Source: Auanema rhodensis (taxonomy: Eukaryota; Animalia; Nematoda). From it: 64,000 bases of DNA. Positions 1 through 12,987 of the stretch are shown one piece after another. Where the stretch lies: contig OZ059895.1 in assembly GCA_964057225.1 (NCBI GenBank), forward strand, positions 620,001 through 684,000, written 5' to 3'. The number at the start of each line of letters is the position of its first letter. Positions within the stretch are counted from its first letter, which is position 1. A model generated the notes under the pieces. That model made no database searches and was not told where the DNA came from. It worked only from the letters and a program-made list of their open reading frames with translations. The translations under genes and the position numbers were made by a program.

Positions 1-65
1 TCAAGGCAAAGACGATAGACAATGTTATTCAACGAAAAAATTAATTCTTCAGGGTGAAAATCGAG

Positions 66-87
66 GATATAAGTGTGAACTTATATC
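66..87. other. Perfect 9-bp inverted repeat with a 4-nt loop, present in nearly every monomer
   Basis: GATATAAGT-gtga-ACTTATATC. Confidence 0.9.
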
Positions 88-97
88 AGTTGATATC

Positions 98-164
98 TCG
101 GTGCATTTTTAAGCTAGCGCAAATCTGATAACACAAATCGACGCAGCTTAAAAATCCGCATCGA
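98..164. other. Long imperfect inverted repeat, recognisable in every monomer
   Basis: Paired segments: TCGGTGC/GCATCGA (one G-T), ATTTTTAAGCT/AGCTTAAAAAT (11 bp perfect), GCG/CGC, and ATCTG/CAGAT when position 136 is G. Confidence 0.85.
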
Positions 165-238
165 ATGCACTATACTACATTGAGAAACGCTTCATACAAA
201 AATTAGTTATGATCGTTTGAAAAATGATGCATTAGTGT

Positions 239-266
239 ATGTTGAGTTTCCATGTACACTCAACAT
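239..266. other. Perfect 9-bp inverted repeat with a 10-nt loop, present in nearly every monomer
   Basis: ATGTTGAGT-ttccatgtac-ACTCAACAT. Confidence 0.9.
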
Positions 267-273
267 TGCTTCC

Positions 274-339
274 AAAAACATTTTGACAAAAATTTTTTCG
301 AAAAATTTCAAAATAATTTAGCAAATAGTAGATGTTTTT
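274..339. other. AT-rich region of overlapping dyad symmetries around TTTTTCGAAAAA
   Basis: A 12-bp palindrome at 294-305, TTTTGA (281)/TCAAAA (308), and AAAAACAT (274)/ATGTTTTT (332). Confidence 0.7.
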
Positions 340-3300
340 AGATTTCATTTTTCAAGGCAAAGACGATAGACAATGTTATTCAACGAAAAAATTAATTCTT
401 CAGGGTGAAAATCGAGGATATAAGTGTGAACTTATATCAGTTGATATCTCGGTGCATTTTTAAGCTAGCGCAAATCTGATAACACAGATCGACGCAGCTT
501 AAAAATCCGCATCGAATGCACTATACTACATTGAGAAACGCTTAATACAAAAATTAGTTATGATCGTTTGAAAAATGATGCATTAGTGTATGTTGAGTTT
601 CCATGTACACTCAACATTGCTTCCAAAAACATTTTGACAAAAATTTTTTCGAAACATTTCAAAATAATTTAGCAAAAAGTAGATGTTTTTAGATTCCTTT
701 TTTCAAGGCAAAGACGATGGACAATGTTATTCAACGAAAAAATTAATTCTTCAGGGTGAAAATCGAGGATATAAGTGTGAACTTATATCAGTTGATATCT
801 CGGTGCATTTTTAAGCTAGCGCAAATCTGATAACACAAATCGACGCAGCTTAAAAATCCGCATCGAATGCACTATACTACATTGAGAAACGCTTAATACA
901 AAAATTAGTTATGATCGTTTGAAAAATGATGCATTAGTGTATGTTGAGTTTCCATGTACACTCAACATTGCTTCCAAAAACATTTTGACAAAAATTTTTT
1001 CGAAAAATTTCAAAATAATTTAGCAAAAAGTAGATGTTTTTAGATTTCATTTTTCGAGGCAAAGACGATAGACAATGTTATTCAACGAAAAAATTAATTC
1101 TTCAGGGTGAAAATCGAGGATATAAGTGTGAACTTATATCAGTTGATATCTCGGTGCATTTTTAAGCTAGCGCAAATCTGATAACACAGATCGACGCAGC
1201 TTAAAAATCCGCATCGAATGCACTATACTACATTGAGAAACGCTTAATACAAAAATTAGTTATGATCGTTTGAAAAATGATGCATTAGTGTATGTTGAGT
1301 TTCCATGTACACTCAACATTGCTTCCAAAAACATTTTGACAAAAAGTTTTTCGAAAAATTTCAAAATAATTTAGCAAAAAGTAGATGTTTTTAGATTTCT
1401 TTTTTCAAGGCAAAGACGATGGACAATGTTATTCAACGAAAAAATTAATTCTTCAGGGTGAAAATCGAGGATATAAGTGTGAACTTATATCAGTTGATAT
1501 CTCGGTGCATTTTTAAGCTAGCGCAAATCTGATAACACAGATCGACGCAGCTTAAAAATCCGCATCGAGTGCACTATACTACATTGAAAAACGCTTAATA
1601 CAAAAATTAGTTATGATCGTTTGAAAAATGATGCATTAGTGTATGTTGAGTTTCCATGTACACTCAACATTGCTTCCAAAAACATTTTGACAAAAATATT
1701 TTCGAAAAATTTCAAAATAATTTAGCAAAAAGTAGATGTTTTTAGATTCCATTTTTCAAAGCAAAGACGATGGACAATGTTATTCAACGAAAAAATTAAT
1801 TCTTCAGGGTGAAAATCGAGGATATAAGTGTGAACTTATATCAGTTGATATCTCGGTGCATTTTTAAGCTAGCGCAAATCTGATAACACAAATCGACGCA
1901 GCTTAAAAATCCGCATCGAATGCACTATACTACATTGAGAAACGCTTAATACAAAAATTAGTTATGATCGTTTGAAAAATGATGCATTAGTGTATGTTGA
2001 GTTTCCATGTACACTCAACATTGCTTCCAAAAACATTTTGACAAAAATTTTTTCGAAAAATTTCAAAATAATTTAGCAAAAAGTAGATGTTTTTAGATTC
2101 CATTTTTCAAGGCAAAGACGATGGACAATGTTATTCAACGAAAAAATTAATTCTTCAGGGTGAAAATCGAGGATATAAGTGTGAACTTATATCAGTTGAT
2201 ATCTCGGTGCATTTTTAAGCTAGCGCAAATCTGATAACACAAATCGACGCAGCTTAAAAATCCGCATCGAATGCACTATACTACATTGAGAAACGCTTAA
2301 TACAAAAATTAGTTATGATCGTTTGAAAAATGATGCATTAGTGTATGTTGAGTTTCCATGTACACTCAACATTGCTTCCAAAAACATTTTGACAAAAATT
2401 TTTTCGAAAAATTTCAAAATAATTTAGCAAAAAGTAGATGTTTTTAGATTTCTTTTTTCAAGGCAAAGACGATGGACAATGTTATTCAACGAAAAAATTA
2501 ATTCTTCAGGGTGAAAATCGAGGATATAAGTGTGAACTTATATCAGTTGATATCTCGGTGCATTTTTAAGCTAGCGCAAATCTGATAACACAGATCGACG
2601 CAGCTTAAAAATCCGCATCGAGTGCACTATACTACATTGAAAAACGCTTAATACAAAAATTAGTTATGATCGTTTGAAAAATGATGCATTAGTGTATGTT
2701 GAGTTTCCATGTACACTCAACATTGCTTCCAAAAACATTTTGACAAAAATTTTTTCGAAAAATTTCAAAATAATTTAGCAAAAAGTAGATGTTTTTAGAT
2801 TCCATTTTTCAAAGCAAAGACGATGGACAATGTTATTCAACGAAAAAATTAATTCTTCAGGGTGAAAATCGAGGATATAAGTGTGAACTTATATCAGTTG
2901 ATATCTCGGTGCATTTTTAAGCTAGCGCAAATCTGATAACACAAATCGACGCAGCTTAAAAATCCGCATCGAATGCACTATACTACATTGAGAAACGCTT
3001 AATACAAAAATTAGTTATGATCGTTTGAAAAATGATGCATTAGTGTATGTTGAGTTTCCATGTACACTCAACATTGCTTCCAAAAACATTTTGACAAAAA
3101 TTTTTTCGAAAAATTTCAAAATAATTTAGCAAAAAGTAAATGTTTTTAGATTCCATTTTTCAAGGCAAAGACGATGGACAATGTTATTCAACGAAAAAAT
3201 TAATTCTTCAGGGTGAAAATCGAGGATATAAGTGTGAACTTATATCAGTTGATATCTCGGTGCATTTTTAAGCTAGCGCAAATCTGATAACACAGATCGA

Positions 3301-6300
3301 CGCAGCTTAAAAATCCGCATCGAATGCACTATACTACATTGAGAAACGCTTAATACAAAAATTAGTTATGATCGTTTGAAAAATGATGCATTAGTGTATG
3401 TTGAGTTTCCATGTACACTCAACATTGCTTCCAAAAACATTTTGACAAAAAGTTTTTCGAAAAATTTCAAAATAATTTAGCAAAAAGTAGATGTTTTTAG
3501 ATTCCATTTTTCAAGGCAAAGACGATGGACAATGTTATTCAACGAAAAAATTAATTCTTTAGGGTGAAAATCGAGGATATAAGTGTGAACATATATCAGT
3601 TGATATCTCGGTGCATTTTTAAGCTAGCGCAAATCTGATAACACAAATCGACGCAGCTTAAAAATCCGCATCGAATGCACTATACTACATTGAGAAACGC
3701 TTAATACAAAAATTAGTTATGATCGTTTGAAAAATGATGCATTAGTGTATGTTGAGTTTCCATGTACACTCAACATTGCTTCCAAAAACATTTTGACAAA
3801 AATTTTTTCGAAAAATTTCAAAATAATTTAGCAAAAAGTAGATGTTTTTAGATTTCTTTTTTCAAGGCAAAGACGATGGACAATGTTATTCAACGAAAAA
3901 ATTAATTCTTCAGGGTGAAAATCGAGGATATAAGTGTGAACTTATATCAGTTGATATCTCGGTGCATTTTTAAGCTAGCGCAAATCTGATAACACAGATC
4001 GACGCAGCTTAAAAATCCGCATCGAGTGCACTATACTACATTGAAAAACGCTTAATACAAAAATTAGTTATGATCGTTTGAAAAATGATGCATTAGTGTA
4101 TGTTGAGTTTCCATGTACACTCAACATTGCTTCCAAAAACATTTTGACAAAAATTTTTTCGAAAAATTTCGAAATAATTTAGCAAAAAGTAGATGTTTTT
4201 AGATTCCATTTTTCAAAGCAAAGACGATGGACAATGTTATTCAACGAAAAAATTAATTCTTCAGGGTGAAAATCGAGGATATAAGTGTGAACTTATATCA
4301 GTTGATATCTCGGTGCATTTTTAAGCTAGCGCAAATCTGATAACACAAATCGACGCAGCTTAAAAATCCGCATCGAATGCACTATACTACATTGAGAAAC
4401 GCTTAATACAAAAATTAGTTATGATCGTTTGAAAAATGATGCATTAGTGTATGTTGAGTTTCCATGTACACTCAACATTGCTTCCAAAAACATTTTGACA
4501 AAAATTTTTTCGAAAAATTTCAAAATAATTTAGCAAAAAGTAAATGTTTTTAGATTCCATTTTTCAAGGCAAAGACGATGGACAATGTTATTCAACGAAA
4601 AAATTAATTCTTCAGGGTGAAAATCGAGGATATAAGTGTGAACTTATATCAGTTGATATCTCGGTGCATTTTTAAGCTAGCGCAAATCTGATAACACAAA
4701 TCGACGCAGCTTAAAAATCCGCATCGAATGCACTATACTACATTGAGAAACGCTTAATACAAAAATTAGTTATGATCGTTTGAAAAATGATGCATTAGTG
4801 TATGTTGAGTTTCCATGTACACTCAACATTGCTTCCAAAAACATTTTGACAAAAATTTTTTCGAAAAATTTCAAAATAATTTAGCAAAAAGTAGATGTTT
4901 TTAGATTCCATTTTTCAAAGCAAAGACGATGGACAATGTTATTCAACGAAAAAATTAATTCTTCAGGGTGAAAATCGAGGATATAAGTGTGAACTTATAT
5001 CAGTTGATATCTCGGTGCATTTTTAAGCTAGCGCAAATCTGATAACACAAATCGACGCAGCTTAAAAATCCGCATCGAATGAACTATACTACATTGAGAA
5101 ACGCTTAATACAAAAATTAGTTATGATCGTTTGAAAAATGATGCATTAGTGTATGTTGAGTTTCCATGTACACTCAACATTGCTTCCAAAAACATTTTGA
5201 CAAAAATTTTTTCGAAAAATTTCAAAATAATTTAGCAAAAAGTAGATGTTTTTAGATTCCATTTTTCAAGGCAAAGACGATGGACAATGTTATTCAACGA
5301 AAAAATTAATTCTTCAGGGTGAAAATCGAGGATATAAGTGTGAACTTATATCAGTTGATATCTCGGTGCATTTTTAAGCTAGCGCAAATCTGATAACACA
5401 AATCGACGCAGCTTAAAAATCCGCATCGAATGCACTATACTACATTGAGAAACGCTTAATACAAAAATTAGTTATGATCGTTTGAAAAATGATGCATTAG
5501 TGTATGTTGAGTTTCCATGTACACTCAACATTGCTTCCAAAAACATTTTGACAAAAATTTTTTCGAAAAATTTCAAAATAATTTAGCAAAAAGTAGATGT
5601 TTTTAGATTCCATTTTTCAAGGCAAAGACAATGGACAATGTTATTCAACGAAAAAAATGATTCTTCAGGGTGAAAATCGAGGATATAAGTGTGAACTTAT
5701 ATCAGTTGATATCTCGGTGCATTTTTAAGCTAGCGCAAATATGATAACACAGATCGACGCAGCTTAAAAATCCGCATCGAATGCCTTATACTACATTGAG
5801 AAACGCTTAATACAAAAATTTGTTATGATCGTTTGAAAAATGATGCATTACTGTATGTTGAGTTTCCATGTACACTCAACATTGCTTCCAAAAACATTTT
5901 GACAAAAATTTTTTCGAAACATTTCAAAATAATTTAGCAAAAAGTAGATGTTTTTAGATTTCTTTTTTCAAGGCAAAGACGATGGACAATGTTATTCAAC
6001 GAAAAAATTAATTCTTCAGGGTGAAAATCGAGGATATAAGTGTGAACTTATATCAGTTGATATCTCGGTGCATTTTTAAGCTAGCGCAAATCTGATAACA
6101 CAGATCGACGCAGCTTAAAAATCCGCATCGAGTGCACTATACTACATTGAAAAACGCTTAATACAAAAATTAGTTATGATCGTTTGAAAAATGATGCATT
6201 AGTGTATGTTGAGTTTCCATGTACACTCAACATTGCTTCCAAAAACATTTTGACAAAAATTTTTTCGAAAAATTTCAAAATAATTTAGCAAAAAGTAGAT

Positions 6301-9300
6301 GTTTTTAGATTCCATTTTTCAAAGCAAAGACGATGGACAATGTTATTCAACGAAAAAATTAATTCTTCAGGGTGAAAATCGAGGATATAAGTGTGAACTT
6401 ATATCAGTTGATATCTCGGTGCATTTTTAAGCTAGCGCAAATCTGATAACACAAATCGACGCAGCTTAAAAATCCGCATCGAATGCACTATACTACATTG
6501 AGAAACGCTTAATACAAAAATTAGTTATGATCGTTTGAAAAATGATGCATTAGTGTATGTTGAGTTTCCATGTACACTCAACATTGCTTCCAAAAACATT
6601 TTGACAAAAATTTTTTCGAAAAATTTCAAAATAATTTAGCAAAAAGTAAATGTTTTTAGATTCCATTTTTCAAGGCAAAGACGATGGACAATGTTATTCA
6701 ACGAAAAAATTAATTCTTCAGGGTGAAAATCGAGGATATAAGTGTGAACTTATATCAGTTGATATCTCGGTGCATTTTTAAGCTAGCGCAAATCTGATAA
6801 CACAAATCGACGCAGCTTAAAAATCCGCATCGAATGCACTATACTACATTGAGAAACGCTTAATACAAAAATTAGTTATGATCGTTTGAAAAATGATGCA
6901 TTAGTGTATGTTGAGTTTCCATGTACACTCAACATTGCTTCCAAAAACATTTTGACAAAAATTTTTTCGAAAAATTTCAAAATAATTTAGCAAAAAGTAG
7001 ATGTTTTTAGATTCCATTTTTCAAGGCAAAGACGATGGACAATGTTATTCAACGAAAAAATTAATTCTTCAGGGTGAAAATCGAGGATATAAGTGTGAAC
7101 TTATATCAGTTGATATCTCGGTGCATTTTTAAGCTAGCGCAAATCTGATAACACAAATCGACGCAGCTTAAAAATCCGCATCGAATGCACTATACTACAT
7201 TGAGAAACGCTTAATACAAAAATTAGTTATGATCGTTTGAAAAATGATGCATTAGTGTATGTTGAGTTTCCATGTACACTCAACATTGCTTCCAAAAACA
7301 TTTTGACAAAAATTTTTTCGAAAAATTTCAAAATAATTTAGCAAAAAGTAGATGTTTTTAGATTCCATTTTTCAAGGCAAAGACAATGGACAATGTTATT
7401 CAACGAAAAAAATGATTCTTCAGGGTGAAAATCGAGGATATAAGTGTGAACTTATATCAGTTGATATCTCGGTGCATTTTTAAGCTAGCGCAAATATGAT
7501 AACACAGATCGACGCAGCTTAAAAATCCGCATCGAATGCCTTATACTACATTGAGAAACGCTTAATACAAAAATTTGTTATGATCGTTTGAAAAATGATG
7601 CATTACTGTATGTTGAGTTTCCATGTACACTCAACATTGCTTCCAAAAACATTTTGACAAAAATTTTTTCGAAACATTTCAAAATAATTTAGCAAAAAGT
7701 AGATGTTTTTAGATTCCTTTTTTCAAGGCAAAGACGATGGACAATGTTATTCAACGAAAAAATTAATTCTTCAGGGTGAAAATCGAGGATATAAGTGTGA
7801 ACTTATATCAGTTGATATCTCGGTGCATTTTTAAGCTAGCGCAAATCTGATAACACAAATCGACGCAGCTTAAAAATCCGCATCGAATGCACTATACTAC
7901 ATTGAGAAACGCTTAATACAAAAATTAGTTATGATCGTTTGAAAAATGATGCATTAGTGTATGTTGAGTTTCCATGTACACTCAACATTGCTTCCAAAAA
8001 CATTTTGACAAAAATTTTTTCGAAAAATTTCAAAATAATTTAGCAAAAAGTAGATGTTTTTAGATTTCATTTTTCAAGGCAAAGACGATAGACAATGTTA
8101 TTCAACGAAAAAATTAATTCTTCAGGGTGAAAATCGAGGATATAAGTGTGAACTTATATCAGTTGATATCTCGGTGCATTTTTAAGCTAGCGCAAATCTG
8201 ATAACACAGATCGACGCAGCTTAAAAATCCGCATCGAATGCACTATACTACATTGAGAAACGCTTAATACAAAAATTAGTTATGATCGTTTGAAAAATGA
8301 TGCATTAGTGTATGTTGAGTTTCCATGTACACTCAACATTGCTTCCAAAAACATTTTGACAAAAAGTTTTTCGAAAAATTTCAAAATAATTTAGCAAAAA
8401 GTAGATGTTTTTAGATTTCTTTTTTCAAGGCAAAGACGATGGACAATGTTATTCAACGAAAAAATTAATTCTTCAGGGTGAAAATCGAGGATATAAGTGT
8501 GAACTTATATCAGTTGATATCTCGGTGCATTTTTAAGCTAGCGCAAATCTGATAACACAGATCGACGCAGCTTAAAAATCCGCATCGAGTGCACTATACT
8601 ACATTGAAAAACGCTTAATACAAAAATTAGTTATGATCGTTTGAAAAATGATGCATTAGTGTATGTTGAGTTTCCATGTACACTCAACATTGCTTCCAAA
8701 AACATTTTGACAAAAATTTTTTCGAAAAATTTCAAAATAATTTAGCAAAAAGTAGATGTTTTTAGATTCCATTTTTCAAAGCAAAGACGATGGACAATGT
8801 TATTCAACGAAAAAATTAATTCTTCAGGGTGAAAATCGAGGATATAAGTGTGAACTTATATCAGTTGATATCTCGGTGCATTTTTAAGCTAGCGCAAATC
8901 TGATAACACAAATCGACGCAGCTTAAAAATCCGCATCGAATGCACTATACTACATTGAGAAACGCTTAATACAAAAATTAGTTATGATCGTTTGAAAAAT
9001 GATGCATTAGTGTATGTTGAGTTTCCATGTACACTCAACATTGCTTCCAAAAACATTTTGACAAAAATTTTTTCGAAAAATTTCAAAATAATTTAGCAAA
9101 AAGTAGATGTTTTTAGATTCCATTTTTCAAGGCAAAGACAATGGACAATGTTATTCAACGAAAAAAATGATTCTTCAGGGTGAAAATCGAGGATATAAGT
9201 GTGAACTTATATCAGTTGATATCTCGGTGCATTTTTAAGCTAGCGCAAATATAATAACACAGATCGACGCAGCTTAAAAATCCGCATCGAATGCACTATA

Positions 9301-12300
9301 CTACATTGAGAAACGCTTAATACAAAAATTTGTTATGATCGTTTGAAAAATGATGCATTAGTGTATGTTGAGTTTCCATGTACACTCAACATTGCTTCCA
9401 AAAACATTTTGACAAAAATTTTTTCGAAACATTTCAAAATAATTTAGCAAAAAGTAGATGTTTTTAGATTCCTTTTTTCAAGGCAAAGACGATGGACAAT
9501 GTTATTCAACGAAAAAATTAATTCTTCAGGGTGAAAATCGAGGATATAAGTGTGAACTTATATCAGTTGATATCTCGGTGCATTTTTAAGCTAGCGCAAA
9601 TCTGATAACACAAATCGACGCAGCTTAAAAATCCGCATCGAATGCACTATACTACATTGAGAAACGCTTAATACAAAAATTAGTTATGATCGTTTGAAAA
9701 ATGATGCATTAGTGTATGTTGAGTTTCCATGTACACTCAACATTGCTTCCAAAAACATTTTGACAAAAATTTTTTCGAAAAATTTCAAAATAATTTAGCA
9801 GAAAGTAGATGTTTTTAGATTCCATTTTTCAAAGCAAAGACGATGGACAATGTTATTCAACGAAAAAATTAATTCTTCAGGGTGAAAATCGAGGATATAA
9901 GTGTGAACTTATATCAGTTGATATCTCGGTGCATTTTTAAGCTAGCGCAAATCTGATAACACAAATCGACGCAGCTTAAAAATCCGCATCGAATGCACTA
10001 TACTACATTGAGAAACGCTTAATACAAAAATTAGTTATGATCGTTTGAAAAATGATGCATTAGTGTATGTTGAGTTTCCATGTACACTCAACATTGCTTC
10101 CAAAAACATTTTGACAAAAATTTTTTCGAAAAATTTCAAAATAATTTAGCAAAAAGTAGATGTTTTTAGATTCCATTTTTCAAGGCAAAGACAATGGACA
10201 ATGTTATTCAACGAAAAAAATGATTCTTCAGGGTGAAAATCGAGGATATAAGTGTGAACTTATATCAGTTGATATCTCGGTGCATTTTTAAGCTAGCGCA
10301 AATATAATAACACAGATCGACGCAGCTTAAAAATCCGCATCGAATGCACTATACTACATTGAGAAACGCTTAATACAAAAATTTGTTATGATCGTTTGAA
10401 AAATGATGCATTAGTGTATGTTGAGTTTCCATGTACACTCAACATTGCTTCCAAAAACATTTTGACAAAAATTTTTTCGAAAAATTTCAAAATAATTTAG
10501 CAAAAAGTAAATGTTTTTAGATTCCATTTTTCAAGGCAAAGACGATGGACAATGTTATTCAACGAAAAAATTAATTCTTCAGGGTGAAAATCGAGGATAT
10601 AAGTGTGAACTTATATCAGTTGATATCTCGGTGCATTTTTAAGCTAGCGCAAATCTGATAACACAAATCGACGCAGCTTAAAAATCCGCATCGAATGCAC
10701 TATACTACATTGAGAAACGCTTAATACAAAAATTAGTTATGATCGTTTGAAAAATGATGCATTAGTGTATGTTGAGTTTCCATGTACACTCAACATTGCT
10801 TCCAAAAACATTTTGACAAAAATTTTTTCGAAAAATTTCAAAATAATTTAGCAAAAAGTAGATGTTTTTAGATTCCATTTTTCAAAGCAAAGACGATGGA
10901 CAATGTTATTCAACGAAAAAATTAATTCTTCAGGGTGAAAATCGAGGATATAAGTGTGAACTTATATCAGTTGATATCTCGGTGCATTTTTAAGCTAGCG
11001 CAAATCTGATAACACAAATCGACGCAGCTTAAAAATCCGCATCGAATGAACTATACTACATTGAGAAACGCTTAATACAAAAATTAGTTATGATCGTTTG
11101 AAAAATGATGCATTAGTGTATGTTGAGTTTCCATGTACACTCAACATTGCTTCCAAAAACATTTTGACAAAAATTTTTTCGAAAAATTTCAAAATAATTT
11201 AGCAAAAAGTAGATGTTTTTAGATTCCATTTTTCAAGGCAAAGACGATGGACAATGTTATTCAACGAAAAAATTAATTCTTCAGGGTGAAAATCGAGGAT
11301 ATAAGTGTGAACTTATATCAGTTGATATCTCGGTGCATTTTTAAGCTAGCGCAAATCTGATAACACAAATCGACGCAGCTTAAAAATCCGCATCGAATGC
11401 ACTATACTACATTGAGAAACGCTTAATACAAAAATTAGTTATGATCGTTTAAAAAATGATGCATTAGTGTATGTTGAGTTTCCATGTACACTCAACATTG
11501 CTTCCAAAAACATTTTGACAAAAATTTTTTCGAAAAATTTCAAAATAATTTAGCAAAAAGTAGATGTTTTTAGATTCCATTTTTCAAGGCAAAGACAATG
11601 GACAATGTTATTCAACGAAAAAAATGATTCTTCAGGGTGAAAATCGAGGATATAAGTGTGAACTTATATCAGTTGATATCTCGGTGCATTTTTAAGCTAG
11701 CGCAAATATGATAACACAGATCGACGCAGCTTAAAAATCCGCATCGAATGCCTTATACTACATTGAGAAACGCTTAATACAAAAATTTGTTATGATCGTT
11801 TGAAAAATGATGCATTACTGTATGTTGAGTTTCCATGTACACTCAACATTGCTTCCAAAAACATTTTGACAAAAATTTTTTCGAAACATTTCAAAATAAT
11901 TTAGCAAAAAGTAGATGTTTTTAGATTCCTTTTTTCAAGGCAAAGACGATGGACAATGTTATTCAACGAAAAAATTAATTCTTCAGGGTGAAAATCGAGG
12001 ATATAAGTGTGAACTTATATCAGTTGATATCTCGGTGCATTTTTAAGCTAGCGCAAATCTGATAACACAAATCGACGCAGCTTAAAAATCCGCATCGAAT
12101 GCACTATACTACATTGAGAAACGCTTAATACAAAAATTAGTTATGATCGTTTGAAAAATGATGCATTAGTGTATGTTGAGTTTCCATGTACACTCAACAT
12201 TGCTTCCAAAAACATTTTGACAAAAATTTTTTCGAAAAATTTCAAAATAATTTAGCAAAAAGTAGATGTTTTTAGATTTCATTTTTCAAGGCAAAGACGA

Positions 12301-12987
12301 TAGACAATGTTATTCAACGAAAAAATTAATTCTTCAGGGTGAAAATCGAGGATATAAGTGTGAACTTATATCAGTTGATATCTCGGTGCATTTTTAAGCT
12401 AGCGCAAATCTGATAACACAGATCGACGCAGCTTAAAAATCCGCATCGAATGCACTATACTACATTGAGAAACGCTTAATACAAAAATTAGTTATGATCG
12501 TTTGAAAAATGATGCATTAGTGTATGTTGAGTTTCCATGTACACTCAACATTGCTTCCAAAAACATTTTGACAAAAAGTTTTTCGAAAAATTTCAAAATA
12601 ATTTAGCAAAAAGTAGATGTTTTTAGATTTCTTTTTTCAAGGCAAAGACGATGGACAATGTTATTCAACGAAAAAATTAATTCTTCAGGGTGAAAATCGA
12701 GGATATAAGTGTGAACTTATATCAGTTGATATCTCGGTGCATTTTTAAGCTAGCGCAAATCTGATAACACAGATCGACGCAGCTTAAAAATCCGCATCGA
12801 GTGCACTATACTACATTGAAAAACGCTTAATACAAAAATTAGTTATGATCGTTTGAAAAATGATGCATTAGTGTATGTTGAGTTTCCATGTACACTCAAC
12901 ATTGCTTCCAAAAACATTTTGACAAAAATTTTTTCGAAAAATTTCAAAATAATTTAGCAAAAAGTAGATGTTTTTAGATTCCATTTT

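Larger units (their letters stand above)
1..351 (+). repeat. Representative 351-bp monomer (arbitrary phase)
   Basis: Unit runs tcaaggcaaagacgat ... gatgtttttagatt(c/t)c(a/t)tttt. It carries single EcoRV (GATATC, 92), NheI (GCTAGC, 113), NsiI (ATGCAT, 227), BsrGI (TGTACA, 253) and BstBI (TTCGAA, 297) sites. Confidence 0.98.

Noticed and set aside
1-135. Hammerhead ribozyme or retrozyme (the unit size fits; CTGAAGA on the - strand at 46-52, CTGATAA on the + strand at 125-131)
   Set aside because: I could not build stem II closed by GAAA, or stems I and III with an NUH site, around either motif, and the + strand motif deviates from CUGANGA. An Infernal or RNAmotif search on a dimer would settle it.
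296-312. CENP-B box-like motif (TTCG....A)
   Set aside because: It lacks the essential CGGG half of NTTCGNNNNANNCGGGN.
1-351. 5S rRNA, tRNA, snRNA or spliced-leader tandem gene unit
   Set aside because: No recognisable conserved RNA gene sequence, cloverleaf or Pol III A/B/C boxes on either strand.
1-351. Assignment to a named satellite family of about 350-360 bp, such as the Drosophila 1.688/359-bp or beetle satellites
   Set aside because: Only size and AT content are similar. I cannot recognise sequence homology without a database search.
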